From assembly GCA_964016885.1 (NCBI GenBank), contig OZ024740.1:293508001-293572000 (forward strand): DNA of 64,000 nt, read 5' to 3'. Source of the stretch: Eledone cirrhosa (Eukaryota). Positions 12,568 through 25,630 of this stretch are shown here, in pieces. Made by a program: the position numbers and the translations under genes. Below the pieces are notes generated by a model that worked only from the letters and a program-made list of their open reading frames with translations, did not search any database and was not told the DNA's origin. Position 1 is the first letter of the stretch, and the number at the start of each line of letters is the position of its first letter.

Positions 12568-12703
12568 TGTTTCCATGTATCGCTTTATTCACACTTCTTA
12601 AAAGTGGATAATTTGTTGCTGTGTTGCAAGTTCCCTTAAAGTCATCTACATCAAAAGCCCACATCATAACACCACCAAATTCATTCTTAACAGCAAACTC
12701 TGC
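12568..12703 (-). CDS. GH18 chitinase-like gene, exon 8 (end of TIM barrel)
   Basis: AEFAVKNEFGGVMMWAFDVDDFKGTCNTATNYPLLRSVNKAIHGN contains the GGxMxWxxDxDDF...YPLL motif. 136 nt, phase 0/1, gtaagt donor. Confidence 0.93.
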
Positions 12704-12864
12704 CTAAATAGAGTGGAATACAATAAAGAAAAGGTAGACTGACTACTTTGTGAGAAAGAGCTGAGATGTGTGGCTTGAATGTTTTTGTAGAGAGAGAGAG
12801 GGAGAGGCAATCCCTTGATACTGAAGGATGATTTGATCCTTCATCATTTTGTACTGTTGTGAAA

Positions 12865-13168
12865 AGCATGGCAAATGTAATTAATCAAGTGTTCCCCAAT
12901 TTCCAAATCCACCATTCCAATGAGGAGTGGCTGTGTGAAAGAGCAATCCTTGCTCTAAAAAATATTACAGTGAATGCCATCAACAAAATCTCTCACAAAT
13001 AATTCCTGGAAGTAGCCAAACCTATAAATCTATTGACAAAGTTGTCGATGAGGATGATGCTGTTTATCATCCCTTTGAATTTCTCAACAGTCTGGAACTG
13101 TTCAGTATGATGCCACACAACCTTGAATGTATGGTTGTGACTGAACTAACGCCGGGCCATTCTGCTAG
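12865..13168 (+). mobile_element. Helitron remnant (PIF1-type helicase fragment plus 3' CTAG end)
   Basis: EEWLCERAILALKN..VNAIN / YKSIDKVVDEDDAVYHPFEFLNSL...PHNL, ending aacgccgggccattctgCTAGt. Confidence 0.75.
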
Positions 13169-13170
13169 TA

Positions 13171-13627
13171 CATTATAAAGAAAGAAGAAACATTCGATAT
13201 AAATAAAAAGATATAATATACCTAAATTCCTTCATTATCCTCGACTACATAGTTTTGTGGCTATTATGCAAAAAACATTACATCATAGAGATGCAGTATT
13301 TTTGTGAGGTTTGCCGACTTGTCAAGAGGATACCTCATTTAGAGTTTCAAAACACGTCCGTAGGATGCGAGATAGAACCCCGCTGTATCACGTAATAAGT
13401 TCCCCCTCCGCCTTTCGGGATTCTATCTCGTGTCCTACGGACATGTTTTGAAACTCTAAATGAGGTATCCTCTTGATAAGTCGGCAAACCTCACAAAAAT
13501 ACTGCATCTCTATGATGTAATGTTTTTTGCATAATAGCCACAAAACTATGTAGTCGAGGATAATGAAGGAATTTAGGTATATTATATCTTTTTATTTATA
13601 TCGAATGTTTCTTCTTTCTTTATAATG
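13171..13627. mobile_element. Foldback MITE with ~210-bp inverted arms, TA-flanked
   Basis: 13171-13381 is the reverse complement of 13417-13627 with about 5 mismatches. TA on both sides. Confidence 0.85.
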
Positions 13628-13644
13628 TATTATATATATACACA

Positions 13645-13965
13645 TGGCTTAGTGGTTAGAGCATTGGCCTTGCAATCGAAAGGTTGTGAGTTCAATTCTC
13701 AGACCAGGTGATGTGTTGTTTCCTTGAGCAAGACACTTTATTTCACATTGCTCCAGTTTACTCAGCTGTAGAAATGAGATGATAGGGACTGGGGTCCCTA
13801 TCATTCCACTGTAAAGTGGACGTGTAGGCGCCACGGAAAAAAAGCACCCAGCACTCACTGTAAATGAGGTTGGTGTTAGGAAGGGCATCCAGCTGTAGAA
13901 ATCAAGCCAGAATCAGTTCCTGTCCTACCCTTGCAAGCAGGTAAAAGCGGACGTAAAATGATGAT
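13645..13965 (+). mobile_element. tRNA-derived SINE family B (CORE-like centre, (TGA)n tail)
   Basis: tggcttagtggttag and gagttcaattc boxes, ccttgagcaagacact core, aagggcatccagc...ggacgtaaaatgatga tail. Partial relatives at about 7660-7770, 9370-9650, 10030-10210, 16140-16395, 31150-31360 and 61590-62170. Confidence 0.8.
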
Positions 13966-14329
13966 TATGATGACACACATGCTTGCCGAACGCACAAGCC
14001 AAAACCACTTGGCACTGCAGTTGGGAATTTACATATATCTATACCCACTCTGCATCTCCCCATGCATTGAGTACTCCCATAATTAGTGTTCTTCTTGCTC
14101 TTAGCACTGCAGAGTCTCTCTCTCTCTCTCTGTATATGTATATATTTATTTGTTTTCTTGGCAAGCTCTCCCTGGTTGGAAGGTTTCCTATCATCAACCA
14201 TTTCACAGAGAGTGTGCAGCTGCCAGGTATGTGTGTGTGTGGGGGGGGGGGGGTGAAGTAGTGAAGTTGAGAATAACTGTTAAGGAGTGCTAGAGGAAGA
14301 GAGAGGGAAGGTCAGATCACATTGTAAGC

Positions 14330-15570
14330 TGCAGGTCAGGTCTTCTTCAGCACTGCATAACACCAACCCTCGCAGTCTTTAGTAATTTCTGTTGTAATGT
14401 TTAGCTTTTTAAGGTCAGTCCTTACAACCCCATCACAAGTCATCCTGGGTCTGCTTCTTACATGGATCCCAGTCACTGGGGTTTCTCTGAATTTCTTTAT
14501 GCAGCTGCCATCTTTCAAGGACATCACATGGCCATACCAACGTAGTCTTACATGCTACAACCAATTTTTTCCCTCAGTTTACTTATGCAATGTCGCTGGT
14601 GCACACTAGCATTGCACATGCGATTATATTGCTAGGCCATTCATTATGTTTGATTCCATCATGTATTACCTAATTGACTATGTGAGTCACTAGCTCAGCT
14701 TCAGTTTCATCAGATGATTTCAGCATCTCAACAACTATTTCTAGCAGATTTTCCATTTTCCATTTTTCATTTCACTGATTGCATTTTTTACCTTATAGCT
14801 GTCATTTCTGATAGCCAGGTCCTCTGTTGAATTTACTGGGGGAAGGCATTCTTCCTTCTACTCATTCTTCACATTCATCAGCCTCTCAAAATAATATTTC
14901 CAGGATTCTTCAGAGCAACAAGCAAGCTAAGTGCACCAGTATCATTTCAAATGCACTTCTTCTCAACATCTTGATTCCCACTAACACTCTACATTGCAAT
15001 GTTGAACACTCCACTTCTCTGATCCTTAGGTCATGACACATTGGCAAACATCTTGATGTCAGCTTCTCTACTTGCTATGTAAACTTATCATATAACTTCT
15101 TTTTTAGCTATGTGATGATGAATGTTCTTTGCAGCCTTTGTATTTCTAGTCTTTCTATGCTTCTCTCTTAGCTTCAATGGCAATGTCTACAGCATTATTT
15201 CACTACCAAGTCAGCTGTCATCTGGCTAGTACATTGCTCCAGCCACAGGCTTCATCAGATTGCCACTAGTAACTTCCAATTGTTCTTTATGTCATATTCA
15301 TCTATTTCCTCCTCCTCCTTCTCAGAATATACATCATATAGCGCCTTTCTGAATTTATATTTAACAGAAAGGTATTTTATCTTCCAAATCCTCCTTCTCC
15401 AGATTCTCCTGCGTTTCTGATTTTCTCTGATAATTATTCTGATGTCACTAATAACTAACGTATGTTGGGTGTTGCATTCCTCTCTGGGATAAGACTTAGT
15501 ATTCATAACCATTTGTCTACCCCATCTTGTGTGCTTGCCTGATTGCTAGGTGATCAAGTGGCCAAAATTA
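14330..15570 (-). mobile_element. Degraded RTE-like LINE
   Basis: SYPREECNTQHTLVISDIRI (end of endonuclease) to RSRPRMTCDGVVRTDLKKL (RTE C-terminus), with many disruptions. Confidence 0.65.
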
Positions 15571-16566
15571 AGGTCTCTCTCTCTCTCTCTTCATATATAT
15601 ATATATGTGTGTATGTGTGTGTGTAGGAAAAATAATATAGAGTTGGAGATGTACCAAATGTTTTTATATATATATATATATATGCACATTAAGACTAAAC
15701 AACAGAAAGAAATTAGTTAATATATATATATAGGAAATTTTTCAAGATCCCCGGCGGCAGAGCTCGAAACATCAAAACGGCTTGAGCTCTGACGTCGGGG
15801 TCTTGAAAAATTTCATATTACCCACTTTACTACCCTAAGTATTGAGTACTCTGGTGCGTTATGGTCCACCTGGTTCCTTACCACACTTCCTTCATTGGAC
15901 GACTTGATAAATTCCGACCTCACACACTTACACCTCTCCAAGACAATGTCACTGGACCAAGATCTTTGGTGCTACATAGTAAAACAGAAGACCCGCCGTG
16001 CATAAGTACAAAGCGAAACCTACAGTCAGTAGGCACCTCTAACAAAAATACACCCCTGACCCACTACCCCCACCCCATCCACACCACCCCCTTAAATGTG
16101 AAGTTATGTTGGTACCACAACATCCAGTCTGAAACAAATGAGGTCATGTAGGTGTCACGACAAAAAAACACACAGTCCACGCTGTAATGTGGCCGTGTAG
16201 GTAACACAGTAAAAACCTCCCAGTCCACACTGTAAACGTGTTTGGTGTTAGGAAGGGCATCCAGCCGTAGAAAACCTGCCAGACAGTCCTATACGAGCAG
16301 GACAACCAATCTTGCCTCAAGTGGGAAAACTCCCGTCCAAACCCATGCAAGCGTGGAAGATGGACGTTAAATGATGATGATGATGATGATGATGATAATA
16401 TATTCATACAAATGAATCAGTTCTAGTCCTTTAGAAGTAATTTCTACATATACTCTGACAATGTATTGAGTACCTTTTTTAACTGCAGTTAATATAAATA
16501 TTAAAGGGGCATTGCAGAAAAAAGAATCATGGTTATTTATAGAAAGGACTTAAATAGCATATAATG

Positions 16567-16783
16567 GTTTCTACATTTGGCAAAAAGCCAGCCATTTGAA
16601 GGGAAGGGGAAAGTCGATTAATTCAACCCCTAGTAAGTTACTGGTACTTTATTTTATCGATACCGTAAGGATGAAAGGTAAAGTGAGCCTCGGTGGGATT
16701 TTAACTCAGAATTTAAAGGGCCATAACTCTATGCTGCAAAGCATGTTGTCCACGCTCTACTGATTACTGCCAATCCACCACCC
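16567..16783 (-). mobile_element. SINE family A copy
   Basis: Reverse complement of the 5684 element. Confidence 0.85.
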
Positions 16784-16895
16784 TTATAAGTAGCATATAA
16801 TGCCTTATAAAATAATACACAACAGCAGCACCAATGAATCGTTAAAAATTATACTTAAAAATGTTAACAAGAACTGAAATTGTATCATTATTTAC

Positions 16896-17015
16896 CTTCA
16901 ATCGAACACTTGTTTCATTCTCGAATCCAACCCATTGATCTCCATAAACAAGATAAGGAACTTTGTGTTGATCTAACCAGTACGCCTTTGCATTATTATT
17001 AAGCATTTCACACAC
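16896..17015 (-). CDS. GH18 chitinase-like gene, exon 7
   Basis: VCEMLNNNAKAYWLDQHKVPYLVYGDQWVGFENETSVRLK contains the VPY...QWVG motif. 120 nt, phase 0/0. Confidence 0.93.
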
Positions 17016-18751
17016 CTGTTAAATTTTATTAAATTAATGTTTAAAATAATTCAAAAGTTAAATGAACAAAGAACATATTTTTCAACAGGGTACACTGAAT
17101 AAACATCAGTATGTCATTTAAATACTTTACTACAAACTTCCATGTGGTCGTTTCACATTCTAGAAACAGTAGCGAAATCTCCCTCAAATTGCACAATGCT
17201 GTCTTAAAAAAAGAGAGGCCATGATGAATAATGTAGTGCTACATAAACTCCATGTAGAAAAAAAATGTGATACTTATAGGTTGAATGTTGTGAATGTCTA
17301 TTTAATCAGGGCTGACTAATGGCTACACAACAACTAAGCAAACTATTGATCTTAACTCTGTTTTACCCACCACCCCCTAAATGGCCTAGACATATAGAAT
17401 CTCAACTCAATAAATATTTGTACAAATTATAACCTCCACTTAAGCTCATTCTTTTAGTACAGTCTTTTCTAGCATATCTTCTTTGCTTCTCTATACTTTT
17501 ATAATAATATACTTGTTGCTGTTGTTGTTTATGGTTAGGTTAATCCTGATCCAGCAGACCTATTCCCAAAGATGTTCAACCTATAACCATCTCACCTTTT
17601 GTTTTCAGGTATCAAATATTTCTAGAACTACATTATTCAATGTGTCTTTTTTTTTAAAGTGTTTGATTTGACGAAGCTTTAAGCTTACTTCATTGGGTAA
17701 TTGACAATGATTGTGTCAAAGTAGATTTTTTTCCTTTTTCACCATTTAGTCAAGGAGGACAGGGCAATCATTTCTGCAGAGCCTCTGAAACTGGTGAGAG
17801 GAAGGGTGGGAGTTATCTTCAAACTAAAGATTAGGCCCAAATGCATGTTTGCAACAGTGAAATCCTCTAAAAGTAACCAAGAACCAGGTGGTGATGTTAA
17901 CCTTGGTGATAGATTAACAATACTACTAAAAAAATAAAAATTCCAGAACAAATATCTCAAAGAATCTTGTTTGATGTCCAAACAATCCTGCCCATCCACT
18001 GCTCTGATGTGGCAGTTTATCTTAGTGAACCCAAAAGGTATATTTGGCCTTGGTGAGATTTAAACTAGGAGCATAGAGCTGGAGCAAATACCACAAGGCA
18101 AATTGTTCTATGCGCTAACAACCCTGCCAATTCACTGCTTTCTGGTACATTTTATTAGCTGATACACTTGTGAGTGTTACTGTAATACTGCTCCTCATTT
18201 ATAATATTTCCATACATGACCCTTTCTTTGTTAGGGAAATGGTGAGTGAGACAGCAAAAACCATAAATTTCAGAACTAAAATCTTTTACAGAATATACTT
18301 ATACCATTATATATTATAGGTTGAAATAAGGCAGAATCATTAGAATAAAAGGATAAACATCCCATAACACCTTGTGGAGTCATAGAGGCACCGTCAAATG
18401 GCATGTCTAGGGCACTGTTAAACCTGGTGGAGCCCAACCCTATCCAGGTCTGAACACAGCCAATTTTTTCTGTAGAGGAAGAATCAATCCCAGTACTGGA
18501 CTGGTACTTTTTTTATTGACCTCGAAAGGATGAAAGGCAAAGTTGGCCCCTGCAGGATTTGAACTCTTAGTGTGCAATGAGGTGGGACGACATCCAACGT
18601 CTTAATGACTGCCAATTCGCTGCCTCAGAATTAATCAGAACACTAGATAAAATGCAAAGAGTGAAGATTTAAATAGGAGATGATGATTATAATAACATAT
18701 ATGATTGCAGTAGTTGGTAAATGTTAATTGAAACTATATAAAACATCTTAC

Positions 18752-18937
18752 TTCATAGTATGCAAGGAAACCATTTAATTTTGTCATTTGTCCTGCTCTG
18801 CCTGCTCCAGATGTTAATGATCCTTCATTGTGATTACTAGAATCAGCAAGTGTGTAGGAGTGTGCATAAAAAGCTATTCCAATGTTAATGAGATGTTTTG
18901 CAAGACCTTTCTTCACCCAATAGTTAGCAACCCATTC
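18752..18937 (-). CDS. GH18 chitinase-like gene, exon 6
   Basis: EWVANYWVKKGLAKHLINIGIAFYAHSYTLAD...GAGRAGQMTKLNGFLAYYE. 186 nt, phase 0/0. Confidence 0.92.
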
Positions 18938-19011
18938 CTTAGAAGAGAATGAAAAAACTCTCAAGAATAATTTCAATAATTTCAAATGTTATAAACACCA
19001 CAATATTCTTA

Positions 19012-19366
19012 ACTAGCAAAAGAGCCCATCATTGCAGGGAACACCTTTCGCCACTGTAAATAAAGACTCCCCCCCCTTTCTCTCCTCAATAAGGCTGTCT
19101 TTAAATAGCCCCATTTTAGGGTAAATAAAAACCCCCCTCTCTCCTCGACATGGCTGTCTTTAAATAGCCCCCAAGCTCTGTTATTTTAGGGGAGAGAAAG
19201 ATCCCCTCTCCCAACATGGCCGTCTTTAAATAGCCCCCAAACTCTGTTATTTTAGGGGAGAGAAAGATTTAAACTATATGTTGCTAAATAACCTATGTAT
19301 TAAATTTGAACAAAATTGGATGGAAATTGTGGAAATGCATCGCCTGCATACAGACAGACATTTTCG

Positions 19367-19385
<19 letters not shown>
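19012..19385 (-). mobile_element. Non-autonomous Helitron-like element with three internal subrepeats
   Basis: On the minus strand it starts tatatataaaaacgaaaatgtctgtctg and ends ttttgCTAGt. ggcYgtctttaaatagcccc occurs three times. Confidence 0.55.
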
Positions 19386-19403
<18 letters not shown>

Positions 19404-19436
19404 ACTTTCTTTCAATGTTGCGATCAATATACTATA

Positions 19437-19665
19437 ACACACACACGCACACAAACACGCGCACACACAAACACACACAAACAGATATGGACACAGACAA
19501 ACACACATGGACACACACAACTACTCACCCACACACACAAATACACAGAAATACACAGAAACACACAGAAACACACACAGACACACACACACAAAAACAC
19601 ACGCAAACACACTCACATGGACACACACAAACACACACAAATACACACACACAAACACACACACG
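19437..19665. repeat. Degenerate (CA)n microsatellite
   Basis: Seen directly. Confidence 0.9.
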
Positions 19666-19876
19666 ACAATCTTCAGCAAATTCTTTGTGCTAAATTCCAC
19701 TCACAATATATTGTTTAACCCCATACATTCATTTTACATCTTAGCTGAAAGGTGGTGAATTGACAGAATGTGAAGAATGTTAGATAAAATGACCTTGTGG
19801 TTCAGGTTCTTTACTTTCTAGTTTCAAATTCTGTTGATGTAAACTTATCAGGGTCAATAAAATAAATACCAGTTAA

Positions 19877-20091
19877 CCCTTTAGCATTTAAACCAGCTGT
19901 ATCTGGCCAGAATTCTCTCACCTATTTCTGTTCAAACCATTCGTAATCGGCCCCTCATACCAATGTTAATGTATTGTTCTCAAAATAAATAACATCAAAA
20001 TCTTATAGCTGCAATATTATGTGAGATAATTATGTAAGCCTTTACATTGAAAATACAATAGTAAACATAGAGTAATGTAAACGTTAAAGGG
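19877..20091. mobile_element. piggyBac-like MITE nested in an old SINE A
   Basis: ttaa-ccctttagc ... gttaaaggg-ttaa, flanked by the two halves of a SINE (aaataccag|ttaa|atactgg). Confidence 0.7.
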
Positions 20092-20870
20092 TTAAATACT
20101 GGTGTTGATATAACTGACTTCCACTCACGACAAATTCTTGGCCTTATGCCTAAATTAGAAATCACTAATACTTAGCTGAGGACAAAGAATGGAAAAATGT
20201 CAGACAAAGTGCCTTGCTATATTTAATTAGGTCCCCTTTCATTCTATGTTCATATTGGTTTTGCCTCCCATCATTCTTAGGAAGACTAAATAAATACAGA
20301 TGATGTACTGGGGTCAATTGAATTCACTGAGCTTATTCCTAAAATTGTGTGGCTTTGATTTTATATTAGAAATGATCATTCATGAATTAGGTAATCTTTT
20401 TGATCTAGAAATGAGGACATTTTATCACTTAGCCAGTGAGTTTAGAGCAGTGCGAGACTGGCAGAAAAATGAGGTATTCTTAAACTGCAGATATGGTTGG
20501 AATGCTTGCAGCAGACTGAATTCTATTAAATGTACCTAAAGGCCATTTGATGAAGATAAACAGATTAAGTCTTTTACCAAAGTCTTTCACAGTAGGATTT
20601 AAACTCAGAACAGATATCACAGATAGATATCACAAGACATTTTGTCTGATGCCCTAACAGTTCCACCAATACATTGCCATGGAAGGGATTGCTGTAGTAG
20701 TAGTAGTAGTAGTAGTAATTCTTCTTCTTCTTCTTCTTCTTCTTGTGCTGAAACAGTCCTTCCAAAGAATCCTATCAGAATCAAACAATTTCCAATTAAT
20801 CTGGCTGGATCCCCAAGCAAGACCACCCCAGCTCACGGATTTTATGCCAATTCAAATAATAAATACTTAC

Positions 20871-20997
20871 AATATTTTTCTCGGTATCAATGCCAACTGA
20901 ATGATTTGCTGCATGAAGTGAACTTGGATGAGCTGCATTTTTAGTATTTCCAGGAGTGTAGAAATCATAGGTTAACAATGAAACAGCATCAACAGAT
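20871..20997 (-). CDS. GH18 chitinase-like gene, exon 5
   Basis: SVDAVSLLTYDFYTPGNTKNAAHPSSLHAANHSVGIDTEKNI corresponds to the MTYDFHG...HHSPL segment. 127 nt, phase 2/0. Confidence 0.9.
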
Positions 20998-21069
20998 CTG
21001 TGAAAATCAATAAATTAAATTGTTAAATTAATATTCCCACATTTAAATAAATGTTCATATCTCCCTATA

Positions 21070-23960
21070 TATTGTTGTCTTCATAAAGTTTGTCATCACA
21101 ATGGTTGTCATCACAATGGTTGTCATCACAATGGTTGACATGACAATGGTTGTCATCACAATGGTTGTCATCACAATGGTTGTCATCACAATGGTTGTCT
21201 TCATAAAGTTTGTCATCACAATGGTTGTCATCACAATGGTTGACATGACAATGGTTGTCATCACAATGGTTGACATGACAATGATTGTCATCACGATGGT
21301 TGTCATCACAATGGTTGTCATCACAATGGTTGTCTTCATAAAGTTTGTCATCACAATGGTTGTCATCACAATGGTTGTCTTCATAAAGTTTGTCATCACA
21401 ATGGTTGTCATCACAATGGTTGTCATCACAATGGTTGACATGACAATGGTTGTCATCACAATGATTGTCATCACGATGGTTGTCATCACAATGGTTGTCA
21501 TCACAATGGTTGTCATCACAATGGTTGACATGACAATGGTTGTCATCACAATGGTTGACATGACAATGATTGTCATCACGATGGTTGTCATCACAATGGT
21601 TGTCATCACAATGGTTGTCTTCATAAAGTTTGTCATCACAATGGTTGTCATCACAATGGTTGACATCACAATGGTTGTCATCACAATGGTTGTCTTCATA
21701 AAGTTTGTCATCACAATGGTTGTCATCACAATGGTTGTCATCACAATGGTTGACATGACAATGGTTGTCATCACAATGATTGTCATCACGATGGTTGTCA
21801 TCACAATGGTTGTCATCACAATGGTTGACATGACAATGGTTGTCATCACAATGGTTGACATGACAATGGTTGTCATCACAATGGTTGTCATCACAATGGT
21901 TGTCATCACAATGGTTGACATGACAATGGTTGTCATCACAATGGTTGTCATCACAATGGTTGTCTTCATAAAGTTTGTCATCACAATGGTTGTCATCACA
22001 ATGGTTGTCATCACAATGGTTGCATTCTCAATGGTTGCATTCTCAATGGTTGTTATCACAATGGTTGTCATCACAATGGTTGTCATCACAATGGTTGTCT
22101 TCATAAAGTTTGTCATCACAATGGTTGTCATCACAATGGTTGTCATCACAATGGTTGTCATCACAATGGTTGTCATCACAATGGTTGACATGACAATGGT
22201 TGTCATCACAATGGTTGTCATCACAATGGTTGTCATCATGATGCTTGTCATCACAATGGTTGTCATCACAATGGTTGCATTCTCAATGGTTGCATTCTCA
22301 ATGGTTGTTATCACAATGGTTGTCATCACAATGGTTGTCTTCATAAAGTTTGTCATCACAATGGTTGTCATCACAATGGTTGTCATCACAATGATTGTCA
22401 TCACAATGGTTGTCATGACAATGGTTGTCATGACAATGGTTGTCATCACAATGATTGTCATCACGATGGTTGTCATCACAATGGTTGTCATCACAATGGT
22501 TGTCATCATGATGGTTGTCATCACAATGGTTGTCATCACAATGGTTGTCATCACAATGATTGTCATCACAATGGTTGTCATCACAATGGCTGTCATCACA
22601 ATGGCTGTCATCACAATGGTTGTCATCATGATCCTTGTCATCCCAATGGTTGTCATCACGATGGTTGTCATCCCAATGGTTGTCATCCCAATGGTTGTCA
22701 TCACAATGGTTGTCATCCCAATGGCTGTCATCACAATGGTTGTCATCATAATGGCTGTCATCACAATGGTTGTCATAACAATGGTTGTCATAACAATGGT
22801 TGTCATCACAATGGTTGTCATCACAATGGTTGTCATCACGATGGTTGTCATCACAATGGTTGTCATCACGATGGTTGTCATCACAATGGTTGTCATCATG
22901 ATGCTTGTCATCACAATGGTTGTCATCACAATGGTTGTCATCACAATGGTTGTCATAACAATGGTTGTCATAACAATGGTTGTCATAACAATGGTTGTCA
23001 TCACAATGGTTGTCATCACGATGGTTGTCATCACAATGGTTGTCATCACGATGGTTGTCATCACAATGGTTGTCATCATGATGCTTGTCATCACAATGGT
23101 TGTCATCACAATGGTTGTCATCACAATGGTTGTCATCACAATGGTTGTCATAACAATGGTTGTCATAACAATGGTTGTCATAACAATGGTTGTCATCACA
23201 ATGGTTGTCATCACGATGGTTGTCATCACAATGGTTGTCATCACGATGGTTGTCATCACAATGGTTGTCATCATGATGCTTGTCATCACAATGGTTGTCA
23301 TCACAATGGTTGTCATCATGATGGTTGTCATCACAATGGTTGTCATCACGATGGTTGTCATCACGATGGTTGTCATCACGATGGTTGTCATCATGATGGT
23401 TGTCATCACAATGCTTGTCATTATGATGGTTGTCATCACAATGGTTGTGATCATGATGGTTGTCATCCCAATGGTTGTCATCACAATGGTTGTCATCATA
23501 ATGGTTGTGATCATGATGGTTGTCATCATAATGGTTGTCATCACAATGGTTGTCATCACAATGGTTGTGATGATGATGGTTGTCATCCCAATGGTTGTCA
23601 TCACAATGGTTGTCATCACGATGGTTGTCATCACAATGGTTGTCATCACAATGCTTGTCATCACAGTGGTTGTGATCCTCATGTTTGTCACTGAGATGGT
23701 TGTCACTGTGTATGTAGTTGTTTTGCTGGTTGTCACTGTATTTTTTGTCACTGTGTTGATTGTCATCATGATAGTTGTCATAGTGACGGTTGTCATAGTG
23801 ATGGTTGTCACTGTGTTGGTTGGTATCACAATGGTTGAAAACATCATGTTTGTCACTGTGATAATATTCATTTTCATGGCTGTTATTGCCACCACAATTG
23901 CAATTAGAATCACCATTATCATTACAATTAGAATCAACATTATCATTACAGTCATTTCCA
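21070..23960. repeat. 15-bp minisatellite (atggttgtcatcaca)n, about 175 clean units plus a degenerate end
   Basis: Seen directly. It lies in chitinase intron 4 and produces the long MVVIT, VMTTI and DDNHC ORFs. Confidence 0.97.
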
Positions 23961-24469
23961 ACAACCATTAGAAGTTGAGCCAATGAGAGAGCCTGCACAT
24001 CAGCTAGAAATAGTAGTCACACTTCTTCATATCACACCTTACTGACAAAAAAACAAACACTTTGTACAACGTAGTGATAGATATACTAAAACAACAGCAT
24101 ATTCTTGGCTGGAATACAATTGATCATAACTTGAGTCTAAATAACCAATACAAGAAAATTACGAATAGGTTTTGTGGTTCAGTAGTAAAACAGCTCTAGG
24201 ATAGCTGGCTGAGAAACTGCTTCATGGCATGCAAAGATAGAACTTTCATGGTTGGAACGCTATGGTTCATAGATCTATTCAGTAAGGGATGATCTGACCC
24301 TTAAACACAAGTGAAAATCAAAAATTCAAATCACCATGATGTGGTGATAACAAAACAATACTTGACTATATAAGATATGAATCCAAATACAATAACAGGC
24401 TTCACATCATTTCCACCTGCTAAATACCAAATTTCACACACAATAACAGTAAGTAGAGTTGGGATCTGG

Positions 24470-24935
24470 GGGCCAAGCATGCTGGAAGTCTCCACTGCTA
24501 CAGTCTCTACCACAAACCTATCCGAGTGCAACTGATACTTTGACAGTTTGCCTTCTTCAGTTTGGGGAGCAGCAGAGCCTGGGCTGATAGCCAAATGCAC
24601 CAGGTTGACATTTTGGGTGTTAAAGATAATGTATTTCAGTTGCTTCTTAAAATTCAAACATATTTGAAACTCAAATGAGAATGTTTTTTTTTAGTTTTTT
24701 TTATTATACATAAGTGTTGAAATTTTTATTCACAGCTGTATAAATAACATTACAGAATTAAATTCTTTGTTTTTAAAATATGAATGAAAGTAACGTCTGA
24801 AAAAGTATTCTCCCCCACCAACTAAATTACCTTCCATCTCTGGGTCCCAGCTGACAGGATGGAGAATGCATTGCCCCAGAGGGCAGTGAGGGAGATGTTC
24901 TGGAACAGCCACTCTACCTCGCAGGGCTTGTACCT
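24470..24935 (-). mobile_element. Two CRE-like (restriction-like endonuclease) retroelement fragments
   Basis: EEGKLSKYQL...VAVETSSMLGP at 24470-24600 and EVEWLFQNISLTALWGNAFSIL at 24830-24935. Confidence 0.55.
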
Positions 24936-25630
24936 GCTGGTGGCCAACAACAATTGTTCACAATCCTTTCAGAATAAAAATATAAACTCAAAATTTCCAT
25001 TGACCCTTGTAGTGTGATGTGTGGCCAATTGTCGAACTTGGTGGTGAATTGATGGTCATTTTCGTTTTTTTTTTTCTTTTCTCTCGCTTTAATTGTATAA
25101 TTTGGTGCATTGTAAGGTTCCTAGCAATATTCAATTGTATTTATTATATGTTTTTATATTTGTGTCTATATTTTCATTCTGAAAGAATTGTGAACAATTT
25201 ATAATATTATTTATACAACTATAAATAAAACACACTATTGAGTTTAGAAGAGAATGTGTTTCAGTTCGTTCTTACCACTTTCATAACTGCATTTCTAATG
25301 AAATACAGTGTATTTCAATTAGTTAATAAAGAATTTTGAAGGATTTACTAAAATTATAAATCATTTTATTACTAAGATTGTAACTTAATGTAAGGTTCTT
25401 ATATAAAATTATGTTGGAAGATTTTAAGTAAAATTGGTAATCTTTAAAATGGGTGGTTTTATTTCATAGAAGCAGAGCCGGTTTTGGCTGGGTTGGTAAC
25501 ATTTGTTATTTTGAAACGCAAATGAGAAAGTTAATTTATAAATAAGGTGAGATAACTAAAGATAACTAAAAAAGCATATCTCAGGTTTTTTTCTAAAACA
25601 TAAAAATAGAATTTCAAAAAATATTCTTAC

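Noticed and set aside
19278-19758. His/Thr-rich and Cys/Val-rich ORFs
   Set aside because: They are translations of (CA)n and (TA)n microsatellites.
22020-22300. TGA codons at Cys positions of the DDNHC frame read as selenocysteine
   Set aside because: They come from one duplicated variant unit, and no SECIS element was seen.
21055-23971. 969-aa VMTTI and 956-aa MVVIT ORFs as real proteins
   Set aside because: They are by-products of a stop-free 15-bp unit. There is no splice or domain support.
24331-24657. ORF as the missing chitinase exon 4
   Set aside because: It carries CRE endonuclease-like motifs. The true exon is 25631-25755.
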